Shown: one piece after another, positions 37,783 through 45,954 of the stretch
Layout: each line of letters opens with the position of its first letter
Numbering within the stretch: the stretch's first letter is position 1
Virus record (IMG/VR): IMGVR_UViG_3300002933_000006
Span: 5,202 to 69,201 of that record
DNA from: a virus
DNA: 64,000 nucleotides
Strand: one strand, 5' to 3'
The notes under the pieces: model-generated
What the model was told of the DNA's origin: nothing
Databases searched by the model: none
Seen by the model: the letters and a program-made list of their open reading frames with translations, nothing else
Program-made: the position numbers and the translations under genes

Positions 37783-38269
37783 AGTTATAGTTTTTCTTTA
37801 ATGCGTAAAATGTAAATTGTTGTTCCATCAGGTCAATAAACTGGTTGGCTTGATCCAATGACTCTAATATAATACCTGTTGCTACACGATTAGGAGTGCC
37901 ACGTTCAAATAACCCTCTTATAAAATAGTCTCGGTTGTTGTCATTTACCATCCACATAGCTTCACAACTAATCCACTGCACTTCCCATTTGACATACTGC
38001 TCTAATGAAAACGTTTGTTCAGGAACGGGATCCGCAGGGTTAGGCGGCATAGTCTTATAACTCCACAGCATACCGGGATTCTTAGCACGATAGTATTCTA
38101 CATTGTAGCCAATGCCTAACTCACCTGGCTTTATGTTATCAAATATAATCTCGCACAATCTAAACTTGGTTATATCCGCTTCAATAGGTCCCAACTCACA
38201 CCAATCAACGTACCACTTATCGGGGGCGCCTGGGCAACGATCAATCTTAAACTGGCTTTTAAAGTTCAC
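37769..38269 (-). CDS. Hypothetical protein
   Basis: 166 aa ORF in chain; ends FTFYALKK... Confidence 0.65.
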   Translation of the reverse strand: MNFKSQFKIDRCPGAPDKWYVDWCELGPIEADITKFRLCEIIFDNIKPGELGIGYNVEYYRAKNPGMLWSYKTMPPNPADPVPEQTFSLEQYVKWEVQWISCEAMWMVNDNNRDYFIRGLFERGTPNRVATGIILESLDQANQFIDLMEQQFTFYALKKNYNYEEW

Positions 38270-38954
38270 GGTGTAAGTTAGTGTAAGCTACCCAAAACTT
38301 ATAAACAAGTTCCGAGTTATAATCATCAAAACCTAAGTAATCATACAATTCCTGCATCATTTGATTAAACGGGTGCCATTCCATAAATGTATTATCAACA
38401 TCAATCATAAATGAATCAAGTTGATAAAACTCTTGATCTTTGTAATAATATTCTCTAGCAGAGATATAACCATTGTCGGTTAGAGTATGTTTGCTACTTT
38501 TTAATGTTGCTGCTAATGCACGAAAATTATCAAAGTTTTTAAATTCTATAATCTTTGCCTGCGGATAGATTAGCATTTGCTTCATTAGTGTACGATAATC
38601 GTGTGTTATTGTACAGGAAAGTTTTCCTTGGGTTAGAATATCATTTAATACTACATTACAACTAATTCGTTCTCTTATAGTTTTAATATTGTTTTCTTTA
38701 TAAAAATCTTCGTGAATTCCGTATAGCTTATCGCAACCAAATTCGTAGTCGAACCAGTTTCTCATATTATCAATTGGTGGCAAAGATTTCATTACACTTT
38801 TAAGTTTAAACTCATAGTATGTAGGATCGAATTTTTTAAATTTTAAATCTAGTCTGGCCAAAGGTTCGCTTTGTACAACACAATGTCTACTGAGTGCTAG
38901 GCAGTTAGCAATAAACTTTCCGCCGGTATATGTTGGGTATACTAATATTATCAT
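38259..38954 (-). CDS. P-loop / sulfotransferase-like protein
   Basis: IILVYPTYTGGKFIANCLALS; C-terminal M.ELYDYLGFDD; AT-rich. Confidence 0.5.
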   Translation of the reverse strand: MIILVYPTYTGGKFIANCLALSRHCVVQSEPLARLDLKFKKFDPTYYEFKLKSVMKSLPPIDNMRNWFDYEFGCDKLYGIHEDFYKENNIKTIRERISCNVVLNDILTQGKLSCTITHDYRTLMKQMLIYPQAKIIEFKNFDNFRALAATLKSSKHTLTDNGYISAREYYYKDQEFYQLDSFMIDVDNTFMEWHPFNQMMQELYDYLGFDDYNSELVYKFWVAYTNLHREL

Positions 38955-39212
38955 TTAAAGTCCATTAATTAATCCGCCGACAAATTCTGCTGTGTATTCT
39001 TCTTTATAACGACGCACACCGCCAGTCTTTAATTGAAACATAAGTGCATCTTGTTCGTTGTTAAATGTAAAGTCCATCCAATCGTGTGTAGGATTAAAAC
39101 TTACATTTTCGCCGGGTAACCCATAGGTCTCTACAGTCCAGGCAAGTAGTTTAGTCCATTCTCGGGCAGTATCATCGTTGTAGTTCCACGGTACTCTAAT
39201 CGTTACGCTCAT
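38955..39212 (-). CDS. FxLxW family protein with C-terminal extension
   Basis: AWTVETYGLPG ... FNNEQDALMFQLK. Confidence 0.7.
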   Translation of the reverse strand: MSVTIRVPWNYNDDTAREWTKLLAWTVETYGLPGENVSFNPTHDWMDFTFNNEQDALMFQLKTGGVRRYKEEYTAEFVGGLINGL

Positions 39213-39414
39213 TCTTTGCTTTCAACATGCGCCAAGCTCTTGGTTCTAAACGCCGACAATCCCAATATAACTTCTTCTTAACACGACTGTATCTAAAGTA
39301 AACATACCAACGATCTAAACTTAATACAAATCCTACGCTACGATCACCTGGGCGCCAAACGCTTAATCCAGGTTTAACCGGGTCGCCTTCTTTGCGCCAC
39401 TGTATTATGCCCAT
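39196..39414 (-). CDS. Hypothetical basic protein (start uncertain)
   Basis: ORF fills the gap in the gene chain. Confidence 0.5.
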   Translation of the reverse strand: MGIIQWRKEGDPVKPGLSVWRPGDRSVGFVLSLDRWYVYFRYSRVKKKLYWDCRRLEPRAWRMLKAKNERND

Positions 39415-39662
39415 TTTAATGTTGCCGCTAAAAACATTTGTTCTGCATCTTTGCGATTACGATACTTCCATCTACTTCCCCACGTACCAGATTTATTGCG
39501 TAGAGGGTCAAAGAAGTCGCGAATTTCGCGTTCAACCTCGTGTTCTAATGTCCAAGCTTCGCAACGAACTTCGTACCACTTCTTATCTTTTTTCTTGCGT
39601 TGCACAAGAGCAAAGCATCCAACTTCGCTTAATGTTTTATTCTGATTACTCAATGTGCCCAC
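39405..39662 (-). CDS. FxLxW-terminal family protein
   Basis: Ends YRNRKDAEQMFLAATLKWA. Confidence 0.7.
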   Translation of the reverse strand: MGTLSNQNKTLSEVGCFALVQRKKKDKKWYEVRCEAWTLEHEVEREIRDFFDPLRNKSGTWGSRWKYRNRKDAEQMFLAATLKWA

Positions 39663-39850
39663 CTTAGTCTAAATAATGTTTCACTCGCTGAATCGGGTAA
39701 ATAGAACCTCCAATGATAACTGGGAAAGTCTGTCATAAAGTTCCATTTACCCGATTCAAAATGTCGATTACACCATCGTATAATTCTCTCGATTTGTGTT
39801 GGGGTTAGTTTAGTTGTATTAAGTACTACACAGTTGGGTTTAGAAGTCAT
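39650..39850 (-). CDS. FxLxW-terminal family protein, first gene of array 2
   Basis: RWCNRHF ... LPDSASETLFRLRWAH. Confidence 0.75.
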   Translation of the reverse strand: MTSKPNCVVLNTTKLTPTQIERIIRWCNRHFESGKWNFMTDFPSYHWRFYLPDSASETLFRLRWAH

Positions 39851-39855
39851 ATGTT

Positions 39856-39884
39856 ATTATAACATATTGGGAATTAATTGTCAG
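39856..39884 (-). promoter_or_regulatory. Early promoter (repeat family) heading array 2
   Basis: CTGACA-ATTAATTCCCAATATGT-TATAAT, 5 nt before ATG. Confidence 0.7.
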
Positions 39885-40288
39885 GGTTTTTTGAGCGTGT
39901 CCCACACGGCTTTTTGATCCAAAAACTTCTTTTCGAGTTCTCTGTAACGGTCAGCACACTCTTTGAGTTCGTCAAACTCTTTTTCGAGTGCGGGATTGGG
40001 TTGCATGATAGCCATACGTTCGTGCATGGTTATCAAGGTCTTGTGTAAACTTAGGCCATCAATTTCGATATCCGAATCCGTAATTTGGACTTTTGGTTGC
40101 TTATTGTAATATGGTGCATATGGTGCTGCGGCTGTTGACCAAATTGGATTTACACCGGTTGCAGTGGTATAAGTCAATCCGGCGCCGCCGGTGAGTGTTA
40201 CGTTACTGTAATTTCCAGGATGTGAGTGTCCGCCGACACCTGCTCCAGTCACTGGTATTGTTGTTGAATAATTTGGTTGATTTGCCAT
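39881..40288 (-). CDS. Hypothetical phage protein
   Basis: Low-complexity N-terminus, then DIEIDGLSL ... ERMAI..PNPALEKEF.EL. Confidence 0.7.
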   Translation of the reverse strand: MANQPNYSTTIPVTGAGVGGHSHPGNYSNVTLTGGAGLTYTTATGVNPIWSTAAAPYAPYYNKQPKVQITDSDIEIDGLSLHKTLITMHERMAIMQPNPALEKEFDELKECADRYRELEKKFLDQKAVWDTLKKP

Positions 40289-41154
40289 TATAGTTCAATC
40301 TCAAATTCATTGGCTTTAAACATCTCTGCACGATCTTCATAGTTTTTGTAACCACGTGGGTTGCATACAATACGGGTGCTACCAATCATATAATCAAATA
40401 CATCATGAGTGTGCCCATGTGTCCAAAGTTTGATCTGTGGATTTTCCAAAATAAATTCACTTAGGTCACTACTGTAAGCACCATTCATTAAGGTATCACT
40501 GACATATTGTGGTTTAGTACTTGCTTTGCTCGGAGCGTGATGAGTTACCACAACAAACTTTTGTGCAAATTGATCTTTAACTGTTTCTGCAATAAATTGT
40601 CGACTTGCATAATGATCACTTACAGTACGTTCCGGATCTAAACGATGATAAACATTCTTAGCTTCATTGAATTGTGTAATCTGTTTGTAATCATTCATAG
40701 CCGACTTCATATGGAACATGGTTAGTGGATCTGCTTTGTTCATATCGGTCCACAGGGTTGCGCCAACAAAGATAACATCATCAATTTGATGTGTTTGGTT
40801 TTCAAGCAAGGTTACGTTGCTGGGTAGATTAGTGGCAATGTGTGCATACGTCTTTTGGTAGTTGTAACCATAGTGTTCGTGATTACCCATTACCATAACT
40901 ACTTCGCGGTATTTACTACATTCTTCATTGAAGAAACGTGCATAACGATCAATGCGACGCTCAGGGCGTCCGCCCTCTACTAATATAGTTTTCATTAGGT
41001 CTGGGTGAGCAGACACAAATGCAGGAGTCTTGTATAAGTCTTGTTTAAGGTGTTTGGCTTCGCAAATATCGCCCGACAGGATTAGGATATCGCCGCCAGG
41101 TAAGGTAAGGTCTGCGAAATCAAGATGTACGTCCGAAATAACATTGATTTTCAT
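40288..41154 (-). CDS. Calcineurin-like metallophosphoesterase
   Basis: SDVH, GD, GNHE, THHAP, HGHTH, NPRGY. Confidence 0.92.
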   Translation of the reverse strand: MKINVISDVHLDFADLTLPGGDILILSGDICEAKHLKQDLYKTPAFVSAHPDLMKTILVEGGRPERRIDRYARFFNEECSKYREVVMVMGNHEHYGYNYQKTYAHIATNLPSNVTLLENQTHQIDDVIFVGATLWTDMNKADPLTMFHMKSAMNDYKQITQFNEAKNVYHRLDPERTVSDHYASRQFIAETVKDQFAQKFVVVTHHAPSKASTKPQYVSDTLMNGAYSSDLSEFILENPQIKLWTHGHTHDVFDYMIGSTRIVCNPRGYKNYEDRAEMFKANEFEIEL

Positions 41155-41160
41155 ACTGCT

Positions 41161-41189
41161 ATTATACTACAGAAATACTTATTCGTCTA
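41161..41189 (-). promoter_or_regulatory. sigma70-type promoter
   Basis: TAGACG-17 nt-TATAAT, 6 nt before the ATG at 41154. Confidence 0.55.
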
Positions 41190-41547
41190 CGAATCTTCTG
41201 GTTAATAATAGCCAACCAATTTGATCAAAATCATTTTGGATTTCTTCAGTAACATAGCTTTCTTCTACAAATCCAGTGAAATCTGTACCAACAAAGCCTG
41301 TACCACTACAGTACCAATCAATATAGCTGTCATCTTCACGTATTTCTGCAATCATTTCTGCAGCATAGTTCCAGGTGCAATCCCAATTGATATTACTTAG
41401 AATACCCCAAACATCTTTGGGAGTATATTGATTATTGCATAGTGCGGCATACAAATTTTGAGCATAGATCTCTTGGCGTCGTACTTTGGATATAATCCAT
41501 TGTGTACTACGGATATCACGCTCAAGATTGAAAACTTTGCGGCCCAT
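41179..41547 (-). CDS. Hypothetical protein (paralogue of 43220..43663)
   Basis: YAQNLYAALCNN ... W.CTW ... YIDWYCSG ... E..VT.EI..DF..IGW. Confidence 0.75.
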   Translation of the reverse strand: MGRKVFNLERDIRSTQWIISKVRRQEIYAQNLYAALCNNQYTPKDVWGILSNINWDCTWNYAAEMIAEIREDDSYIDWYCSGTGFVGTDFTGFVEESYVTEEIQNDFDQIGWLLLTRRFVDE

Positions 41548-41566
41548 ATAGTATATATGATGGACG

Positions 41567-41592
41567 TAAAAAAACCCACCGAAGTGGGTTTA
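41567..41592. terminator. Rho-independent terminator
   Basis: AAAAAAAACCCACCGAAGTGGGTTT hairpin; UUCG loop and U-tract on the minus strand. Confidence 0.8.
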
Positions 41593-41618
41593 GTATGAAA
41601 ACAACATTAACTACTTAA

Positions 41619-41912
41619 TTAAGCAACTAAACCTTGTGCAATAGCACGGTAAGCGATCTGAACCATTTTGCGTGATGCTTCGCCATAACGATACTCAGTT
41701 ACTTTAACGCCATTTCCAGCGGTACGTTGGTTGCCGTAGATAGCAAAACCAGCGTGGCGAATTTCGCTGATAGTAGCAGTGGGGTTCTTAATACCAAAAC
41801 GGCTAGTAATCTGTGCTGGTGTTAATACTTCGCGTTCTTTAACTAAAGCATTAAACAATTTACCTTGTTTAGTTTTTGGGTCAAACTTCTTGAATTTTAC
41901 TGTAATAGACAT
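41619..41912 (-). CDS. Small winged-HTH-like DNA-binding protein
   Basis: LTPAQITSRFGIKNPTATISEIRHAGFAIY; basic. Confidence 0.6.
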   Translation of the reverse strand: MSITVKFKKFDPKTKQGKLFNALVKEREVLTPAQITSRFGIKNPTATISEIRHAGFAIYGNQRTAGNGVKVTEYRYGEASRKMVQIAYRAIAQGLVA

Positions 41913-42025
41913 GATGTCTCCTTTTTAAATTTAAAAGCTGTTAATTAACAGCATGATGCTAGTGTAACATTTTTATATCTTTAATTGCAACGACTAATTT
42001 TACCAAACTTAAAATAAATATTAGT

Positions 42026-42196
42026 ATGACTACCCCTACACCCGAAACTGGACGAGCACGACATAATCCAGATCCTTATAATACTAAAGTGCCTGCTGTA
42101 GCAACTCCTGCACATACGCCATTAAATACTCCTATAGGTGTATTCCCACAATTTGAGCCCAAGGATGAATCATGGCCTTGGGTGTATGGCAACTAA
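42026..42196 (+). CDS. Pro/Thr-rich 56 aa peptide, not in ORF track
   Basis: ATAAATA 5 nt upstream of ATG; MTTPTPETGRARHNPDPY ... ESWPWVYGN*. Confidence 0.5.
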   Translation: MTTPTPETGRARHNPDPYNTKVPAVATPAHTPLNTPIGVFPQFEPKDESWPWVYGN

Positions 42197-42810
42197 TTCT
42201 GTTGAGTGGTAATACCACGCCCTAATATAGTTCCATATACAGGTTGTTCTTCGGTGTATAGTACGTCGAATCCATTTGCTAACAACAATGGAATCACACT
42301 TCCCGATTTACCTGAGTAGTGTCCCCACCACTTATTAAACCAAGTATCATCACATACCACTAAGCAATGTTCGGCCATGTGCGGCAAGGCCGAAATCATC
42401 TGTGATAAATGGGCACTTTGACTATTTACGTTATTCATAACCATACCAAGTTCGGTATATCGTTCTTGTTGCTCGCGAATAACATCCTCGGGCTTATCTG
42501 GATGCCAATCCCAATCAAAGTTATCTAAGTATAAAAAACTAATTGGTTGCATACCATATATACGGTTACGTAAGTATTCCTCGCCCTTGGCTGTAACTAT
42601 TTCGACATTAATTAAATCCATATTTCGAACAAACTCACAGTTCACTGGATCTACGTCTATAGTAGTTAATTTAGTACCCAGGTCTCTTGCCCACTTAGCC
42701 AGTGTTGGTGTACTACTATCATCGCCTTGACGACTAGTACCTATTTCAACAAACTCTCCTGCATCAAGTTGACTTAGGTACTGTTCAGCCACTCTAAATA
42801 CTTGTCCCAT
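42193..42810 (-). CDS. Class I SAM-dependent methyltransferase-like protein
   Basis: FVEIGT, TTIDVDP, ISFLYLD, VVCDD ... GK. Confidence 0.75.
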   Translation of the reverse strand: MGQVFRVAEQYLSQLDAGEFVEIGTSRQGDDSSTPTLAKWARDLGTKLTTIDVDPVNCEFVRNMDLINVEIVTAKGEEYLRNRIYGMQPISFLYLDNFDWDWHPDKPEDVIREQQERYTELGMVMNNVNSQSAHLSQMISALPHMAEHCLVVCDDTWFNKWWGHYSGKSGSVIPLLLANGFDVLYTEEQPVYGTILGRGITTQQN

Positions 42811-42971
42811 TACTCTTTATCGCGTTTGCGGTTTAATGCTTGACGTGCTAGTGCTTCTTCAACACGTGCATAACCCTTAATGAAATCACGACGTTGATTC
42901 TTGTTGGTGAAAGTTGCAGCAACACGCTTTACGGATTTTGATACTTTTACTGCTCGTGAATCATATGACAT
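42810..42971 (-). CDS. Small basic hypothetical protein
   Basis: VKVSKSVKRVAAT; TAATG overlap with the next gene. Confidence 0.6.
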   Translation of the reverse strand: MSYDSRAVKVSKSVKRVAATFTNKNQRRDFIKGYARVEEALARQALNRKRDKE

Positions 42972-42972
42972 T

Positions 42973-43209
42973 TTATTTTCCTTTAAGTTCATTTAATACA
43001 AGTTGTTTACTGCGTTCAATATCTTCTTTGTCTATGGCTAACATTAGCCTAGGACCTAGCAAGTTAATAGCCGTTAGTATAGCACGGTTACCTTCTTCGG
43101 TCAAGTGGCAGTATTCTGGCCCTACTGTTGACTTATGAAAGTACTGCCGATCCTTTAATAGTTCCTTAATAGTACCTACAAGCATCTTTTCAAGATCACG
43201 GGTTATCAT
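42973..43209 (-). CDS. Hypothetical protein
   Basis: Probable start MITRD after GGAG. Confidence 0.65.
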   Translation of the reverse strand: MITRDLEKMLVGTIKELLKDRQYFHKSTVGPEYCHLTEEGNRAILTAINLLGPRLMLAIDKEDIERSKQLVLNELKGK

Positions 43210-43219
43210 TTGACGTCTC

Positions 43220-43663
43220 CTAATCTTCAGGCCAAGGACTTGGTGTCCAACCCAGAGCCGCAAAATCTTCACAAATTTCATCTGTTACTGTTCCCTCTGG
43301 TACATGTTTACGTTCAATAAAAATTCTATCTTTCATCTCGATATGTTCTATAAAATCATATCCCCCAACAATACCCGAACAATACCAATCCATGTAATCT
43401 TCTACTGTACCATCTACCCCATTGCGGAAGTCTGCTACAATACCGCCAGCACTACGCCATGAGCAAGACCAGTACTCGTCTGTAAGGATAGGAATAACTT
43501 CAGCAGGTTGCCAGCGCATATTGCACAGAGCGGCATAGACGTGTTGGGCATAGTCTTTGCGGGTTCTTACTTTTTCTATAAACCACGCACAAGCACCGAG
43601 TTCGGCTTCTAAATCACGATCCAAGAACACGTACCTCTTGAACATTTGCAGTTTTAAAGGCAC
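43220..43663 (-). CDS. Hypothetical protein (paralogue of 41179..41547); start probably near 43630
   Basis: YAQHVYAALCN ... WSCSWRSAGGIVA ... YMDWYCSG. Confidence 0.75.
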   Translation of the reverse strand: MPLKLQMFKRYVFLDRDLEAELGACAWFIEKVRTRKDYAQHVYAALCNMRWQPAEVIPILTDEYWSCSWRSAGGIVADFRNGVDGTVEDYMDWYCSGIVGGYDFIEHIEMKDRIFIERKHVPEGTVTDEICEDFAALGWTPSPWPED

Positions 43664-43919
43664 GCCATTCTGACTTATCTAAACACCATACTGTAATAGT
43701 TTCTGGCTTGTATAGTTTTGTTTCGTGTAAGGTTGTTGCTTCACGTTGTGGCATAGCTTCCTTACGTAATGTACAAGGCATAGTACGTACTGTACCATCC
43801 TTCTTAGTAAAGGTCACTTCACAATCGTGCTCGTAGAGCAAGTGCGTAATTTCACGTTCACGGTCTTGGATGTCCAAGTCGTTTAATTCTTTTGCTTCGT
43901 ATTTGATATCAAAACTCAT
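43614..43919 (-). CDS. SH3-like/WYL_2 (DUF2693-type) phage protein
   Basis: VTFTKKDGTVRTMPCTL ... V.CLDKSEWRAFK. Confidence 0.75.
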   Translation of the reverse strand: MSFDIKYEAKELNDLDIQDREREITHLLYEHDCEVTFTKKDGTVRTMPCTLRKEAMPQREATTLHETKLYKPETITVWCLDKSEWRAFKTANVQEVRVLGS

Positions 43920-44254
43920 GTGTAATCCTTTTTTAAGTCTATTAGTAGTGCCTTCTGTTCCGCTTCAAATGCTCTGTATAGTGTAGCAAAGTAAGCAAAT
44001 ACAATCAATGATTCCATAATACCAAAATTAATATATCCAACTTCTAATGCAGTTCCGCTACCGTCTGGGCCAAGCCATAATCTCACAATACCAGCAAGGC
44101 CACTAGATATAGCAAGACTAATCACAGTCCAAACACAAATTAGTTCTCCGCCAAACTGATCCACAAAATCATCCCAGAAACCACAAGGGCCAGCAACAAG
44201 ATTATGAAAGAATTTACGGATTAACCATAAGATAAATTGGTGTGCTTTAATCAT
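43916..44254 (-). CDS. Two-TM membrane protein (paralogue of next gene)
   Basis: QFILWLIRKFF ... YRAFEAEQKALL. Confidence 0.7.
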   Translation of the reverse strand: MIKAHQFILWLIRKFFHNLVAGPCGFWDDFVDQFGGELICVWTVISLAISSGLAGIVRLWLGPDGSGTALEVGYINFGIMESLIVFAYFATLYRAFEAEQKALLIDLKKDYT

Positions 44255-44255
44255 A

Positions 44256-44597
44256 TTAGAACTCGTACTCCTCTTTAAGTGCTTTAACTAGTGCTTCTCG
44301 CTCTCGTTTAAATGCCCAGTACATTGCCCGTATCATAGCAGATAAAACAAAGGCACCTGCGAATGTCCACCAAGCAATAATAGTATATACCGCTCCTTGT
44401 TCGTTGCCGATTGCTTTTACTACCATACCTAAAAGGATGCCAGACATCATAACCATACCAAATATAAATATGCCAAATGGTATGCCGGCGTCCCTAAACT
44501 CCCGAGCGAACCCTTGATGAATACGGCTAGGTGCGGATATCAATCTACCAAACATTTTACGAGCAATCCATTTAACGAACTGTACCGCTTCAGTCAT
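44256..44597 (-). CDS. Two-TM membrane protein
   Basis: QFVKWIARKMF ... YWAFKREREALV. Confidence 0.7.
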   Translation of the reverse strand: MTEAVQFVKWIARKMFGRLISAPSRIHQGFAREFRDAGIPFGIFIFGMVMMSGILLGMVVKAIGNEQGAVYTIIAWWTFAGAFVLSAMIRAMYWAFKREREALVKALKEEYEF

Positions 44598-44794
44598 TCT
44601 TCAACTCCGAAATGTTCACTATATAAGTTGTGCAAGGCCAGCCAAGTACTGTGACCCAAGAACCCCGAGTTGATTTTTTCACATTCCTTAATAATCAAGT
44701 TGGCGAACTTTTCAACAAATACTGGATCATAATAATGAATTGAATCTCCGTTATTTTGAGCCTTGACAGCAAGTTCTTTAATCTTCTCGTTCAT
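44594..44794 (-). CDS. MNERIKEL-family small protein
   Basis: MNEKIKELA ... EKFANLIIKEC ... HFGVEE. Confidence 0.75.
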   Translation of the reverse strand: MNEKIKELAVKAQNNGDSIHYYDPVFVEKFANLIIKECEKINSGFLGHSTWLALHNLYSEHFGVEE

Positions 44795-45021
44795 TTCTTC
44801 TTTCCAATTCCGTAGCGTTTAATTACTGCTTTAATAAAGTCTTCAGTTCCTTCTACTCGGTTTCCATTATCAATGGCGGCGTAACAACCCAGCACATCAT
44901 TAATAATCAACTCAGCAAACTTTGCTACGTTGGGATTACCGTCATCTATATCAACGCCATAGCCAAAATAGTCTAATTTGATATTGGCCTGTAACGCAAG
45001 GTCTTTAATCCGCTCGTTCAT
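44791..45021 (-). CDS. MNERIKEL-family small protein
   Basis: MNERIKDLA ... KFAELII. Confidence 0.75.
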   Translation of the reverse strand: MNERIKDLALQANIKLDYFGYGVDIDDGNPNVAKFAELIINDVLGCYAAIDNGNRVEGTEDFIKAVIKRYGIGKKK

Positions 45022-45146
45022 AATGACCAAGCTCCTTTTACAGCTAAACCAAATAGGAATAATCCTGCGGTATTAAGAACGGCAAACACAATAACACCCG
45101 CCCACCATAAGATTGTTTTTAGTAGTTCTTTAATCCGCTCGTTCAT
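45018..45146 (-). CDS. MNERIKEL-headed membrane peptide (42 aa), not in ORF track
   Basis: MNERIKELLKTILWWAGVIVFAVLNTAGLFLFGLAVKGAWSL*. Confidence 0.6.
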   Translation of the reverse strand: MNERIKELLKTILWWAGVIVFAVLNTAGLFLFGLAVKGAWSL

Positions 45147-45312
45147 ATTCACCACACCAATCATCAATATTTGTTAGAGGAAAACTAATATCACGCGAAG
45201 CTCCAGATGGAGGAAATCTTCTACATCGGCCCGAGCCATAGATAATATTCTCAGGATTCAGTTTCTTCCAATATTTACAATTAAAACAAGTGTCTTTAAT
45301 TCGTTCGTTCAT
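45130..45312 (-). CDS. MNERIK-headed Cys-rich protein
   Basis: MNERIKDTCFNCKYW ... GRCRRFPP ... DDWCGEY. Confidence 0.7.
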   Translation of the reverse strand: MNERIKDTCFNCKYWKKLNPENIIYGSGRCRRFPPSGASRDISFPLTNIDDWCGEYERAD

Positions 45313-45415
45313 TACCGACTCGCTATCAAAATTATTAATCCTAAAACACATCCTGTTATTGGGTATCCTAACGAGATTCCTGTTATAGTAAATACCCAGG
45401 CCAACACTATGGGCA

Positions 45416-45694
45416 TCATTCAACTCCAAAATGTTGTTTAATCTGATCCGCAGAAAAGTATGCGCCTTGGCCAAATTCTGGAGCAATATCGTTATTACAG
45501 TCCCCTACTTCGATGCATACTTTAGTACATTCTCGAATAATCAACTCAGCAAACTTTTCATTAAACTGTTCCATCCAATCTACGTGCCCATCTTCCCAAA
45601 TCTTGCCCGGTGTTTTAGAACGAACAGGCGGAGTATATACTTCATTTACGTATTCGCCGGCTTGTTGAGCAAGTGGTTTAATCTTTTCGTTCAT
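45416..45694 (-). CDS. MNERIKEL-family small protein
   Basis: MNEKIKPLA ... EKFAELIIREC ... IKQHFGVE. Confidence 0.75.
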   Translation of the reverse strand: MNEKIKPLAQQAGEYVNEVYTPPVRSKTPGKIWEDGHVDWMEQFNEKFAELIIRECTKVCIEVGDCNNDIAPEFGQGAYFSADQIKQHFGVE

Positions 45695-45954
45695 TATATC
45701 TTTTCTCTCCAAGTGGCTAGTTTTACCAATTCTTCATATGTAGTGTTTTCTTTCTTTATGGTCATATCCAATAAACTTTCAAACAGAACCATAACAAACT
45801 GTGAAGCTAACCCACCATTAACACAATTATCTAAAACTTCCAATATTTGCAATGCAGTTGGTTCATCATTCCATTTTTCAATAAGTGGAAACACACATGG
45901 ATCCAACTGACCTTCGGGTGCTTCTAGTAAAGTTTCTTTAATCTGTTTGTTCAT
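45694..45954 (-). CDS. Hypothetical protein with MNKQIKE head
   Basis: ATGA overlap with the ligase stop. Confidence 0.65.
   Translation of the reverse strand: MNKQIKETLLEAPEGQLDPCVFPLIEKWNDEPTALQILEVLDNCVNGGLASQFVMVLFESLLDMTIKKENTTYEELVKLATWREKI

Noticed and set aside
29562-39850. Array as an integron cassette array or DGR target set
   Set aside because: There are no intergenic attC palindromes (genes overlap), no integrase or reverse transcriptase in the window, and no TR/VR pair with adenine-specific differences was seen.
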